Origin: Methanothermobacter marburgensis str. Marburg
Lineage (GTDB): Archaea > Methanobacteriota > Methanobacteria > Methanobacteriales > Methanothermobacteraceae
Assembly: GCF_000145295.1 (NCBI RefSeq)
Contig: NC_014408.1
Span: 120,001-152,000, forward strand
Length of the DNA: 32,000 nucleotides
Reading direction: 5' to 3'
The first letter of the stretch is position 1. The number at the start of each line of letters is the position of its first letter. The notes beneath the pieces are model-generated. The model saw only the letters and a program-made list of their open reading frames with translations, did no database searches and was not told where the DNA came from. A program made the position numbers and the translations under genes. This document shows positions 1 through 11,610 of the stretch, piece after piece.

Positions 1-701
1 ACAGGGTCCTCATGGATGAATTCGGTGTGGAGATTCCAGCAGATGCCGGGAAATTAGAATCAGAGGGGAAGACAGTGGTCATGGTTGCGGTTGACGGCGA
101 GTTTAAGGGGGTTATAGCGGTCTCTGATAGGATAAACCCCGGCGCAACAGCCGCTGTAGGGGAACTTGAAAGGATGGGGATCAGAACGGCAATGATCACC
201 GGGGATAACAGGAGGACGGCTGAGAAGGTGGCACGGGAGGTGGGAATCAGCACCGTTATCGCGGAGGTCCTGCCTGAGGATAAGGCATCAAGGGTCTCTG
301 ACCTCAGATCACGTGGCGTGGGAGTTGCCTTTGTGGGTGATGGTATAAATGATGCCCCCGCCCTCTCAGAGGCAGATCTCGGGATTGCACTGGGAGGGGG
401 AACGGATGTTGCAAAGGAGGCCGGGGAGGTGGTTCTTGTTGGTGATGACCCGCTTGATACCGCAGCTGCCCTTCAGCTTGCAGGTAAGGTCATCTCAAGG
501 ATAAAGCAGAACCTCTTCTGGGCCTTCGCCTACAACGTGATACTCATACCTGTGGCTGCCGGCGCCCTTTACCCGCTTGGGGTGGTGTTCAGGCCAGAGT
601 ATGCCGGCCTGGCAATGGCCCTGAGCTCAGTCACCGTGGTTTCACTTTCACTTTCACTCAGGGGGTACACCCCACCTGCAAGAAGGTTGCGGGAGCTTTA
701 A
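1..701 (+). CDS. Heavy-metal-translocating P1B-type ATPase, C-terminal part (5' end lies outside the window)
   Basis: The frame is open from the window edge and the stop is at 699-701. The translation has the P-type ATPase hinge motif VGDGINDAPAL and MITGDN, followed by two C-terminal hydrophobic helices typical of CopA/ZntA-type pumps. Confidence 0.85.
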   Translation, partial: RVLMDEFGVEIPADAGKLESEGKTVVMVAVDGEFKGVIAVSDRINPGATAAVGELERMGIRTAMITGDNRRTAEKVAREVGISTVIAEVLPEDKASRVSDLRSRGVGVAFVGDGINDAPALSEADLGIALGGGTDVAKEAGEVVLVGDDPLDTAAALQLAGKVISRIKQNLFWAFAYNVILIPVAAGALYPLGVVFRPEYAGLAMALSSVTVVSLSLSLRGYTPPARRLREL

Positions 702-707
702 AAGAAA

Positions 708-3992
<3,285 letters not shown>

Positions 3993-4110
3993 TCACGCAT
4001 CCACAGGGGTGCAGTTCCTCCTTGTTATCCGACTGTAAACTTAAACTTATATTATATGGTACTGTCAGAGATATAATATGATTATCTATCGGTACTCATG
4101 GTGATTTTTC

Positions 4111-4269
4111 ATGGCAAAGAAGGATAAAAAGACACTTCCACCAAGTGGAGCAGGTCTTGTAAGGTACTTTGAAGAGGAAACGAAGGGACCGAAACTCACA
4201 CCTGAACAGGTCGTCGTGATGAGCATAATACTGGCGGTATTCTGCCTTGTGCTCAGGTTCTCTGGTTGA
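4111..4269 (+). CDS. secG: Preprotein translocase subunit Sec61-beta (archaeal SecG)
   Basis: A 52-aa ORF below the ORF-track cutoff: MAKKDKKTLPPSGAGLVRYFEEETKGPKLTPEQVVVMSIILAVFCLVLRFSG. It has the conserved PPSGAGL(V/M)RYF motif and a single C-terminal TM tail anchor. A GGTGA Shine-Dalgarno lies 6 nt upstream of the ATG. Confidence 0.85.
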   Translation: MAKKDKKTLPPSGAGLVRYFEEETKGPKLTPEQVVVMSIILAVFCLVLRFSG

Positions 4270-4280
4270 GGAGTGTTAAA

Positions 4281-5630
4281 ATGGCCATTCATCCTGTTGA
4301 GTTCAGGTACGGGACCCCTGAAATGAAGGCTATCTGGGAGGCCGAAAACAAACTCCAGCGGATGCTCGATGTGGAGGCGGCCCTTGCAAGGGCAGAGGGT
4401 GAACTGGGGATCATACCAGAGGAGGCTGCAGCCGAGATCGCAAGGAAGGCCAGCACAGAGTTCGTTACCCCTGAAAGGGTTAACGAAATCGAAAGAGAGA
4501 CAAAACACGATATAGCATCCATTGTGAAGGCCCTGGCAGAGCAGTGCGAGGGGGATGCAGGGGAATACGTGCACTTCGGTGCAACATCCAATGACATTGT
4601 TGACACCTCCAACTCCCTCCTCCTGAGGGAATCCATAGGGGTTCTGAGGGATAAACTGGTTGAGGTTTTAAGGGTACTCCTGAAACTGGCAGATGAGAAC
4701 AGGGACCTGGTGTGCATGGGGAGAACCCACGGCCAGCATGCCCTCCCAACAACCTATGGCATGAAATTCGCCCTGTGGGCAGATGAGATACACAGACAGA
4801 TTGAAAGACTTGACGCCTGCAGAAAAAGGCTCTGCGTGGGCATGATGACCGGTGCCGTTGGTACAACAGCCGCCCTGGGCGAGGATGGCCTCGAGGTCCA
4901 TGAGAGGGTATCTGAGATCCTTGGACTTGAACCGGTCCTCATATCCAACCAGGTTGTCCAGAGGGACAACCATGCAGAGTTCATGATGGTCCTTGCAAAC
5001 ATAGCCACAACCCTCGATAAGATAGCCCTGGAGATAAGGAACCTCCAGCGGACGGAGATAATGGAAGTGGGTGAAAAATTCGACCCTGAGAAGCAGGTCG
5101 GAAGCAGCACAATGCCCCATAAGATGAACCCCATAACAGCTGAGAGGATCTGCGGTATAGCAAGGGTTATAAGGTCCTACGTTGTGGCTGCACTCGAGAA
5201 CAACCCCCTCTGGCATGAAAGGGACCTCACAAATTCGTCCTCTGAGAGGATAATCCTCCCTGAGGCCTGCATACTAACCGATTACATACTTAAACTGACA
5301 CTTGACGTGCTCAACAACCTGGTATTCTACCCTGAAAACATAAAAAGAAACTTTGAGCTCACAGGCGGCCTTATAATGGCTGAGAGGCTCATGGCGGAGC
5401 TTACAAGGAGGGGTATGGGTAGGCAGACAGCATACGCCGCTGTACGCCAATGTGCCATCGAGGCAAACAGGAAGGGAATGAACCTAAAGGACGTGGTCCT
5501 TGAAAGGCAGGATATCATGGAGCACATTACAGAGGATGACCTTGAGGAGATAATGAACCCTGAAACCTACATCGGTTCAGCCTTAAGGATCGTCCAGCGG
5601 GTCCTTGAGGAGTCAGAGAACTGGCTCTGA
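4281..5630 (+). CDS. purB: Adenylosuccinate lyase
   Basis: Fumarate-lyase superfamily signature GSSTMPHKMNP and the typical PurB N-terminus MAIHPVEFRYGTPEMK. I prefer the ATG at 4281 (AGGAG 7-10 nt upstream) over the TTG at 4266 used by the ORF track. Confidence 0.92.
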   Translation: MAIHPVEFRYGTPEMKAIWEAENKLQRMLDVEAALARAEGELGIIPEEAAAEIARKASTEFVTPERVNEIERETKHDIASIVKALAEQCEGDAGEYVHFGATSNDIVDTSNSLLLRESIGVLRDKLVEVLRVLLKLADENRDLVCMGRTHGQHALPTTYGMKFALWADEIHRQIERLDACRKRLCVGMMTGAVGTTAALGEDGLEVHERVSEILGLEPVLISNQVVQRDNHAEFMMVLANIATTLDKIALEIRNLQRTEIMEVGEKFDPEKQVGSSTMPHKMNPITAERICGIARVIRSYVVAALENNPLWHERDLTNSSSERIILPEACILTDYILKLTLDVLNNLVFYPENIKRNFELTGGLIMAERLMAELTRRGMGRQTAYAAVRQCAIEANRKGMNLKDVVLERQDIMEHITEDDLEEIMNPETYIGSALRIVQRVLEESENWL

Positions 5631-5733
5631 ACCATTCATGGACTATAGGGGCATTATGGTGTTTAATACACCGAAATAAAGTTTTCATAAGTTTTATATG
5701 TTTCATGACCACATAGATATGGCCGGTGATAAT

Positions 5734-6636
5734 ATGCAGCCAAAGGAAATAAAATCTGTAAGGGTTGTCCCCTACACCATTATGAACTCATCGATAGGGG
5801 CAGTATGGGCATTCCTCTTCGCCCTTCTGATCCTGATCTTCGCCGGTGCAATAGGGTCAGTACTTCCAGCTGAAATGAAAGTATTGAAGGGGTTAATCAC
5901 TGGAATATCAGTTGTTGGACTGGTTGTTTTGCCTGTTGGAGCTTTTCTGCTTGGCATAGTAGAATCATTCCTGAGGGCATTCATTTACAACGGCCTCACG
6001 CCCCGCCTTGGAGGCATCAGGCTCAGTTTCATTGACATGGAGCAGATAGAATCATTTGACATCGTGAACACAGCACTCATACTCTCAGCAGTCAGTGCCA
6101 TCCTCGCATTAATATACCAGCTCCTTGTATCCCCCCTTCAGTGGGTATTCTTCAACGCAATCCTCAGCATTGCAAGGACAGTTGAACCATCAGCAGCATC
6201 AAGCATGGCCGCGGTCGGCTCTGCAACGGCACTTGGTACCGTCGTCAACATCGTTATAACACCCATAATGACCTTCATAGTAGCGTTCATAGGAACGGCC
6301 ATTGTACTGCTCCTCTACAACTTCCTCTCAGGGAAAATCACAGCGATAAAACTGAAACTCACAGAGACCGGCGATGGCTTTATGAGCATAGACAGGATAG
6401 AGGCCATACCACTTGGACTCATAACAGGGTCAATTTCTGCTGTTATAGGCCTCATCATAGGGATCATAACATTCATAGTTTCAGCCATCGGGGGGGACTA
6501 CGTCACAGGGCTAATTTTACTGGTGATTGTGACCATCGGGGCATTCCTTTATGCCTTCATAGTCTATGCACTGACAGCACTGTTCTACAATGTCCTGGCA
6601 CCAAGGATAGGGGCCGTGCAGATAAGAATGGAGTAG
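5734..6636 (+). CDS. Polytopic membrane protein of unknown function with a three-fold internal repeat
   Basis: A highly hydrophobic ORF with roughly 6-8 predicted TM helices. Three modules each end in a YN-x-L...G-x-I-x-(L/I) motif (FIYNGLTPRLGGIRLSF, LLYNFLSGKITAIKLKL, LFYNVLAPRIGAVQIRM). I chose the start at 5734 because TTTTATAT (5692-5699) looks like the TATA box and GGTGA (5725-5729) like the SD. The ORF is open from 5698. Confidence 0.6.
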   Translation: MQPKEIKSVRVVPYTIMNSSIGAVWAFLFALLILIFAGAIGSVLPAEMKVLKGLITGISVVGLVVLPVGAFLLGIVESFLRAFIYNGLTPRLGGIRLSFIDMEQIESFDIVNTALILSAVSAILALIYQLLVSPLQWVFFNAILSIARTVEPSAASSMAAVGSATALGTVVNIVITPIMTFIVAFIGTAIVLLLYNFLSGKITAIKLKLTETGDGFMSIDRIEAIPLGLITGSISAVIGLIIGIITFIVSAIGGDYVTGLILLVIVTIGAFLYAFIVYALTALFYNVLAPRIGAVQIRME

Positions 6637-6838
6637 AAACAACCCTTTCTTTTTCTTTTATACGAACAGTTTCAAAATTTAAAGGCTTTAATACTTTAAT
6701 TGAGCACTTTGGAGTATTAGATGTCTGCAAGGGCCATTTTTATATGGTCAATTGGATTTTATGATTGAATTTAATATATGATGAGAAACATAATAACTAA
6801 CCATCTGATTACTTCAAAAGGAGCTATATGGTGATCCT

Positions 6839-9154
6839 GTGATTGATGATTCACGTCTTCTGGCTGCCATACCAACAAAGGCAGAAACATGTGTCCTGAA
6901 AAATAATGGCATAAGGGAAAAATTCAGCCATGAAAAACTTGTAAAATCCCTCCTGAACCTGGGGGCCAGCCTATGGACCTCCGAAAATGTGGCCTCAGAG
7001 GTTGCAAGGTCAGTCTATAATGGAATAACCACCAAGGAGATAAAGATCCTGGTTTATGATGCCCTCAAGAAGGTTGATGAGGAACTGGCGGACAGGTACC
7101 TTGCAGCCAACAGAATGAGGGTGAGAACATCCAGGGACAGGATAGAGACCTTTGACCAGAAAAAGATTGAGGACAACCTTGTAAGGGAGGCCGGGGCCTC
7201 TGAGGAGGTTGCAAGGGAAATCGCATCTGATGTCTGGAGGGAACTCAAGAAACTCAACGTGGAGTACCTCACAGCCCCAATGATAAGGGAGGTCGTGAAC
7301 ACCAAACTCATAGAACACGGCCTTGAAACCCTCCGGAGGAGGTACACACGTCTCGGTATCCCTGTCTACAACATAACAAACCTCATAGAGAACGGCTCCA
7401 GGGACAACGCCAACATGATCCACAACCCCGAGACCGTCCACAAGTACGTGGCCGACGAGGCCCTCAAGCAGTACGCACTCCTCCACATACTTCCATCCAG
7501 GCTTGCAGACGCCCACATGTCAGGGGACATACACATACATGACCTTGAATTCTTTGCTGCAAGGCCCCTTAACTGTCTACAGCATGACCTCAGGCTCTTC
7601 ATAAGGCACGGCCTCCGGGTGGACGGTACAGGTGACCATACATCTGTGGCAGGACCACCAAAGCACCTGGAGACACTCATGAACCATGCAGGGGAGATAA
7701 TGCTGGCATCCCAGCAGAACATGTCAGGCGGCCAGGCAATGAGCCTATGGAACGTCTTCGTGGCACCCTTCGCCTCTGGACTTCCCTATGAGAAGATCAA
7801 ACAGGCTGTCCAGATGTTCATATTCAACCTCAACATGGCCTACGCTGCAAGGGGCAGCCAGGTGCCATTCACAAGCATAAACCTTGAGTTTGGGGTCCCT
7901 GAGTTCCTTGAGGATGAACCAGCCTATGGACCCAGGGGTGAGCACGTGGGTGTGTACGGTGACTTCGCAGAGGAGGCGAGGTTACTGACAAGGGCGTTCA
8001 CGGAGGTCCTCCTTGAGGGGGATGCAGACGGCAAACCCCACCTCTTCCCCAACACCATCTACACCATAAGGCGGGAGACACTGAAGGGTGAATTCCATGA
8101 GGAACTTGGACTGGTCCATGAACTGGCATCCAAGTACGGGACAGCCTACTTCATAAACATGCTGGCAGATTACCGGGGTGAGATGGCCAACTACATGGGT
8201 TGCAGAACAAGCCTCGCAGATAACTGGACAGGTAACTGGGAGGAGGACTGCCTAAGGACAGGTAACCTTGCCTACATAACCCTGAACCTCCCACGGGTGG
8301 CATACCAGTCCAGGGATGACGATGAACTCTTTGAGTACCTTGATGAGTACATTGACATGGCGGTGGAGGTCCTGAGGATAAGGAGGGAACAGGCACTCCA
8401 CTGTCTGGATGACTACCACCTTCTACCATTCCTGTCCCAGGAGATAGATGGTGAGCGCTACTACAGGATAGAGAATGCCACAATGAGCTTTGGATTCACA
8501 GGACTCAATGAGATGCTGGAGTACCACCTGGGCTCAGGTATAGAGGACCCTGAATCGAACAGGTTTGGCCTGAGGGTTGTGGAGCACATAAATGAACGCG
8601 CAGCTGAACTCAAGAAGGAGACAGGCTGGAGGTGGAGCGTGCTCCAGACACCTGCAGAGTCCACTGCCCACAGGTTCGCGATGCTGGACCATGAGCACTA
8701 CCCTGAGGAGGCGGTGCTCCAGGGTACCAAGGGGGCATACTATTACACCAATTCAAGCCACACACCCGTGAATGCAGAGGTGGATATTGTACAGAAGATA
8801 AAGATCGAGGAGAAGTACCACCCCCTCACACCGGGAGGCCACATATTCAACGCCTGGCTCGGCGAGGCAAAACCCGACCCCGCTGCCCTTGAGGGCCTCA
8901 CAAGGAAAATCTGCAGGAGTAGTGACATAGGATTCTGGGCCTACAGCAACGCCCTTAGCTTCTGTCTCAGGTGCAAAACCCTCATGAGGGGGCTTCAGGA
9001 CTCCTGCGCCCGCTGCGGTGAAAGGGATGATGTTGAATGGTATGACCGGATCACAGGTTACGTGCAGCAGGTCGGAAGGGCCAAGTCCTCAAGTGGCGGC
9101 TGGAACAGGGGTAAACAGCAGGAACTTCTGGATAGAAGGAGAATAAACATCTGA
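6839..9154 (+). CDS. nrdD: Anaerobic (class III) ribonucleoside-triphosphate reductase
   Basis: A 771-aa ORF with two N-terminal ATP-cone-like segments (VLKNNGIREKFSHEKLVKSL; RTSRDRIETFDQKKIEDNLV), a C-terminal Zn ribbon CLRCKTLMRGLQDSCARCG and the glycyl-radical motif RITGYVQQV. The GTG start at 6839 is uncertain. Confidence 0.9.
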   Translation: MIDDSRLLAAIPTKAETCVLKNNGIREKFSHEKLVKSLLNLGASLWTSENVASEVARSVYNGITTKEIKILVYDALKKVDEELADRYLAANRMRVRTSRDRIETFDQKKIEDNLVREAGASEEVAREIASDVWRELKKLNVEYLTAPMIREVVNTKLIEHGLETLRRRYTRLGIPVYNITNLIENGSRDNANMIHNPETVHKYVADEALKQYALLHILPSRLADAHMSGDIHIHDLEFFAARPLNCLQHDLRLFIRHGLRVDGTGDHTSVAGPPKHLETLMNHAGEIMLASQQNMSGGQAMSLWNVFVAPFASGLPYEKIKQAVQMFIFNLNMAYAARGSQVPFTSINLEFGVPEFLEDEPAYGPRGEHVGVYGDFAEEARLLTRAFTEVLLEGDADGKPHLFPNTIYTIRRETLKGEFHEELGLVHELASKYGTAYFINMLADYRGEMANYMGCRTSLADNWTGNWEEDCLRTGNLAYITLNLPRVAYQSRDDDELFEYLDEYIDMAVEVLRIRREQALHCLDDYHLLPFLSQEIDGERYYRIENATMSFGFTGLNEMLEYHLGSGIEDPESNRFGLRVVEHINERAAELKKETGWRWSVLQTPAESTAHRFAMLDHEHYPEEAVLQGTKGAYYYTNSSHTPVNAEVDIVQKIKIEEKYHPLTPGGHIFNAWLGEAKPDPAALEGLTRKICRSSDIGFWAYSNALSFCLRCKTLMRGLQDSCARCGERDDVEWYDRITGYVQQVGRAKSSSGGWNRGKQQELLDRRRINI

Positions 9155-9176
9155 GCCTGACCTCTCAGTTCTCTAT

Positions 9177-9209
9177 CCAGAAATGTATTTCTGGTTGTAT
9201 TTTTCTTTT
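9177..9209 (+). terminator. Putative nrdD terminator: perfect 8-bp inverted repeat followed by a T-rich tract
   Basis: CCAGAAAT-gt-ATTTCTGG (9177-9194) is followed by TTGTATTTTTCTTTT, 23 nt after the nrdD stop codon. Oligo-T tracts are the usual archaeal termination signal. Confidence 0.55.
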
Positions 9210-9422
9210 AATTGATTTTCTTGCAACTTGAAGAGCTTTCTTTTTTAATCAAGCACCTAAACTGCTGAAGCTCCTGTATCGGAGTCTTCAGTGTCTGGCG
9301 ATAAATAGTATGGTTTCCCTTTCTGAGTATTTCATCAGATGGAAGTACCAGTTCCCATAAGAGGATTGCGGGTTTATTGTCCTGAGCAAAACTATTTATA
9401 CTAAAATGTCAACAAAGATTAC

Positions 9423-9914
9423 ATGGGAAGAAAACGAGTTTACGAAGTAATTAAGCATCTATCAGCAGAAGAGCTCGATAAAAGAATTAAAAAACTCGAA
9501 AAAGACACTAGAGTGCTTCAAAGACTGTACTTCATAAGACACCTTTACAGAGGAATGAGCGTCGAGGAAGCTGCCGACTTAGCAGGGACAACCAAGGCTA
9601 CAGGTTACGCATGGCTCAAGAGATGGAATTCTAAAGGTTATGAAGGTTTAATTCCTGAATTTGGAGGTGGAAGACCCTCAAAACTTACAGAGGATGAGAA
9701 GGAAGAACTCAAAGAAATGCTCAAGAGAAAGGACTCCTGGACTACAAAAGAAGTTCAGGATCTCATCGAGGATAAGTTTGGAGTTAACTACTCTTCCTGG
9801 CAAGTCAGGAGAATTCTAAAATCCTTTGGAATGAAGTACGCTAAACCCTATCAGAAGGACTATAGAAGGCCCGAGAACGCTGAAGAGACTTTAAAAAAAC
9901 TTAGAAGAGATTAG
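9423..9914 (+). CDS. IS630-family transposase, N-terminal DNA-binding part (orfA)
   Basis: A 163-aa ORF with HTH segments (MSVEEAADLAGTTKATGYAWLKRW; WTTKEVQDLIEDKFGVNYSSWQVRRILKSFG) typical of IS630/Tc1 paired-like DNA-binding domains. It ends shortly after the A7 run at 9893-9899. Confidence 0.8.
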   Translation: MGRKRVYEVIKHLSAEELDKRIKKLEKDTRVLQRLYFIRHLYRGMSVEEAADLAGTTKATGYAWLKRWNSKGYEGLIPEFGGGRPSKLTEDEKEELKEMLKRKDSWTTKEVQDLIEDKFGVNYSSWQVRRILKSFGMKYAKPYQKDYRRPENAEETLKKLRRD

Positions 9915-9951
9915 ATTTAACCAAACAGACATTATAGGATTCGTAGATGAG

Positions 9952-10449
9952 ATGGCAGTTGAAGCAAACGCAAATACAGCAAGAATGTGGAGTTTTAGTA
10001 AGCCCTTTAAGAGAGTAGCCACTTACATTAAAGCCAAGGTTTCAGGGTTTTACAGCATAAACGGAGAAAGCATTATAGAGTTTCCTGAGAGAAACAAAGC
10101 TGAGGACTTCGTATCTTTTCTCAGGAAGATAAGAAATGCCAACCCCGAGAAAAGGATTGTTGTTATTCTCGATAATTTCAGAACCCATCATGCGAAGAAA
10201 GTTAGAGAGAAAGCTGAGGAATTGGATATTGTGTTGGTTTACCTTCCTCCTTACTCTCCCGACTTGAATCCAATTGAAAACGTCTGGAAGAGTGTTAAAA
10301 GAGTTGTTTCAGAAGTGTCTCCTTTGAATGTAGAAGAGTTGAAGGAGACGATTTCAAAGGCTTTCAGAAAGCTAACAAGGTCGACATCTTTTGCGAAGGA
10401 TTGGATTGAGAAGTTCTTGGGTGATAAGTTTAGGATGTTATACACTTAA
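9952..10449 (+). CDS. IS630-family transposase, DDE catalytic part (orfB; frame open from 9895)
   Basis: The frame is open upstream to 9895 and reads ..IIGFVDEMAV.. (first catalytic D) before the first ATG. VVILDNFRTHH and LPPYSPDLNPIENVWKSVK supply the second D and the E. It lies in the +1 frame relative to orfA. Confidence 0.8.
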   Translation: MAVEANANTARMWSFSKPFKRVATYIKAKVSGFYSINGESIIEFPERNKAEDFVSFLRKIRNANPEKRIVVILDNFRTHHAKKVREKAEELDIVLVYLPPYSPDLNPIENVWKSVKRVVSEVSPLNVEELKETISKAFRKLTRSTSFAKDWIEKFLGDKFRMLYT

Positions 10450-10502
10450 CCATAAATGCAGAAAAGTAAGTAGAATGGAGGTCTTGTACTGAATTATACC
10501 AG

Positions 10503-11606
10503 TTAATCCCCACTGAACCTCACAGGCACCGTCTGGGACTCTGATGATCCTCCAAAACCGTGGGCTATCATGGTGTGTCTCCCGGGGCCACCGGCAACCA
10601 CCAGGATTACATCTTCGGGACCTCTAGTTATATGGACCATCCCATCGGTCACGAGCTTTTCATCCAGCTTCCTCCCTCCACGGTCAGCCAGGCGAGCCTC
10701 CACGGTTGCATTTTCATGTATATAATTTTTAACATCCTCCCTGGACCATCCATGGGATGCAACGGTTTCTGCATGTTCGGGGCTCATTATAACCAGTAGC
10801 TCCCCTGGAACGTGACTGTTGTTGCAGCCGGCCGTCGAGGCGGTGTGCACAATGGTGTCAAGGAGGTCCTCAGGGGTCCTGCTCCTGTGGTCATTCACAT
10901 TGTGCGGCGCCTCAACTCCAATCACGGTCACCGTGCTCTCATCGGCGCCAAAACCCCTCTCGACGTGCAGGGGCTCCCAGGGGCTTTCATCCTCATTCTC
11001 CGCGAAGCAGTAGCTGTACTTTGCAGGTGAGCCCATAGTGGCATGGTCACCCACCCCGGGCACCGCACCTGCTATGTTGATGAGGGAGAGCCTCAGGGCA
11101 CGCCCGAGGGTGGCACAGGCAAGGTTACCGGGTCCAAGGCATCCCACACCTGAGTTGAAGCCAATTTCATCTGCAGCGGGGCCGTTGACCAGGACCGCAA
11201 CAGCCACAGGGTGTGTTGTGGCGTTTATACCTGCAAGGTTGAATTCATCCCGTCCGACACCCTCGATGCAGGCCTCTATGAGCGGCATCATTGGGGGTAT
11301 GCAGCCGGCCATCACCGCATTCACCGCCACCTTCTCAACGGTGGCGATCCCCATCCTCGGGGGGAGTGTGGCTATAACGTCCTCTGGTTTCCTGGGGGTG
11401 TATCTGTAGAATTTCCTGACACGGCCCTCTGTGGGTGGTATGATGGGGAGTCCATCGGTCATCCTCTTCTCATAGAACTCCAGGCTTATCCTCTCGGGGT
11501 CAGGGTCGACAATGACCTTCATATCCTCGGGGGATGAGCTGCACAGTCTTTCATCCTCCATGAGGTCCTCTATGAGGCATCCGCATGATTTATCGATTTT
11601 AACCAA
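10503..11606 (-). CDS. Conserved hypothetical protein (367 aa), partner of the CGSC/UGSC-like protein
   Basis: A long ORF with ordinary globular composition. Its TTG start is preceded by GGTGA, which overlaps the stop codon of the upstream gene (4-nt gap), indicating translational coupling. It carries Cys-containing motifs ([21 protein letters not shown]) but no family I can name from memory. Confidence 0.6.
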   Translation of the reverse strand: MVKIDKSCGCLIEDLMEDERLCSSSPEDMKVIVDPDPERISLEFYEKRMTDGLPIIPPTEGRVRKFYRYTPRKPEDVIATLPPRMGIATVEKVAVNAVMAGCIPPMMPLIEACIEGVGRDEFNLAGINATTHPVAVAVLVNGPAADEIGFNSGVGCLGPGNLACATLGRALRLSLINIAGAVPGVGDHATMGSPAKYSYCFAENEDESPWEPLHVERGFGADESTVTVIGVEAPHNVNDHRSRTPEDLLDTIVHTASTAGCNNSHVPGELLVIMSPEHAETVASHGWSREDVKNYIHENATVEARLADRGGRKLDEKLVTDGMVHITRGPEDVILVVAGGPGRHTMIAHGFGGSSESQTVPVRFSGD

Positions 11607-11610
11607 TGTA

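Larger units (their letters stand above)
9354..10496 (+). mobile_element. IS630/Tc1-family insertion sequence (ends approximate)
   Basis: It holds two consecutive ORFs encoding an HTH/winged-helix N-terminal part and a DDE part with an intact triad (FVDE, ILDN, NPIE; 35-residue D-to-E spacing as in DD35E transposases). The segment is visibly more AT-rich and uses AGA/AAA/TTA-type codons, unlike the flanking genes. An 8-bp direct repeat TACCAGTT lies at 9346-9353 and 10497-10504. I could not identify convincing terminal inverted repeats. Confidence 0.75.

Noticed and set aside
642-659. Tandem hexanucleotide repeat TCACTT x3
   Set aside because: It lies inside the P-type ATPase coding frame and simply encodes SLSLSL in the C-terminal tail. 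It is too short to be a meaningful repeat feature.
4086-4574. 162-aa minus-strand ORF spanning the polD/purB spacer and the purB 5' end
   Set aside because: It is antisense to two well-supported genes (sec61-beta at 4111-4269 and purB) and has a Cys/Phe/Leu/Pro-rich composition with no recognisable motif. The + strand sec61-beta reading (PPSGAGLVRYF, TM tail, GGTGA SD) explains this DNA much better.
9340-10500. Attempted definition of the IS630 terminal inverted repeats and TA target duplication
   Set aside because: The best alignment I could make by eye was AGTACCAGTTCCCAT at 9345-9359 against the complement of ATGGAGGTCTTGTACT at 10475-10490, about 11 of 15 matches. It is weak and is not flanked by TA on both sides. 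The 8-bp TACCAGTT direct repeat does not bracket inverted ends. The ends are therefore left approximate rather than asserted.
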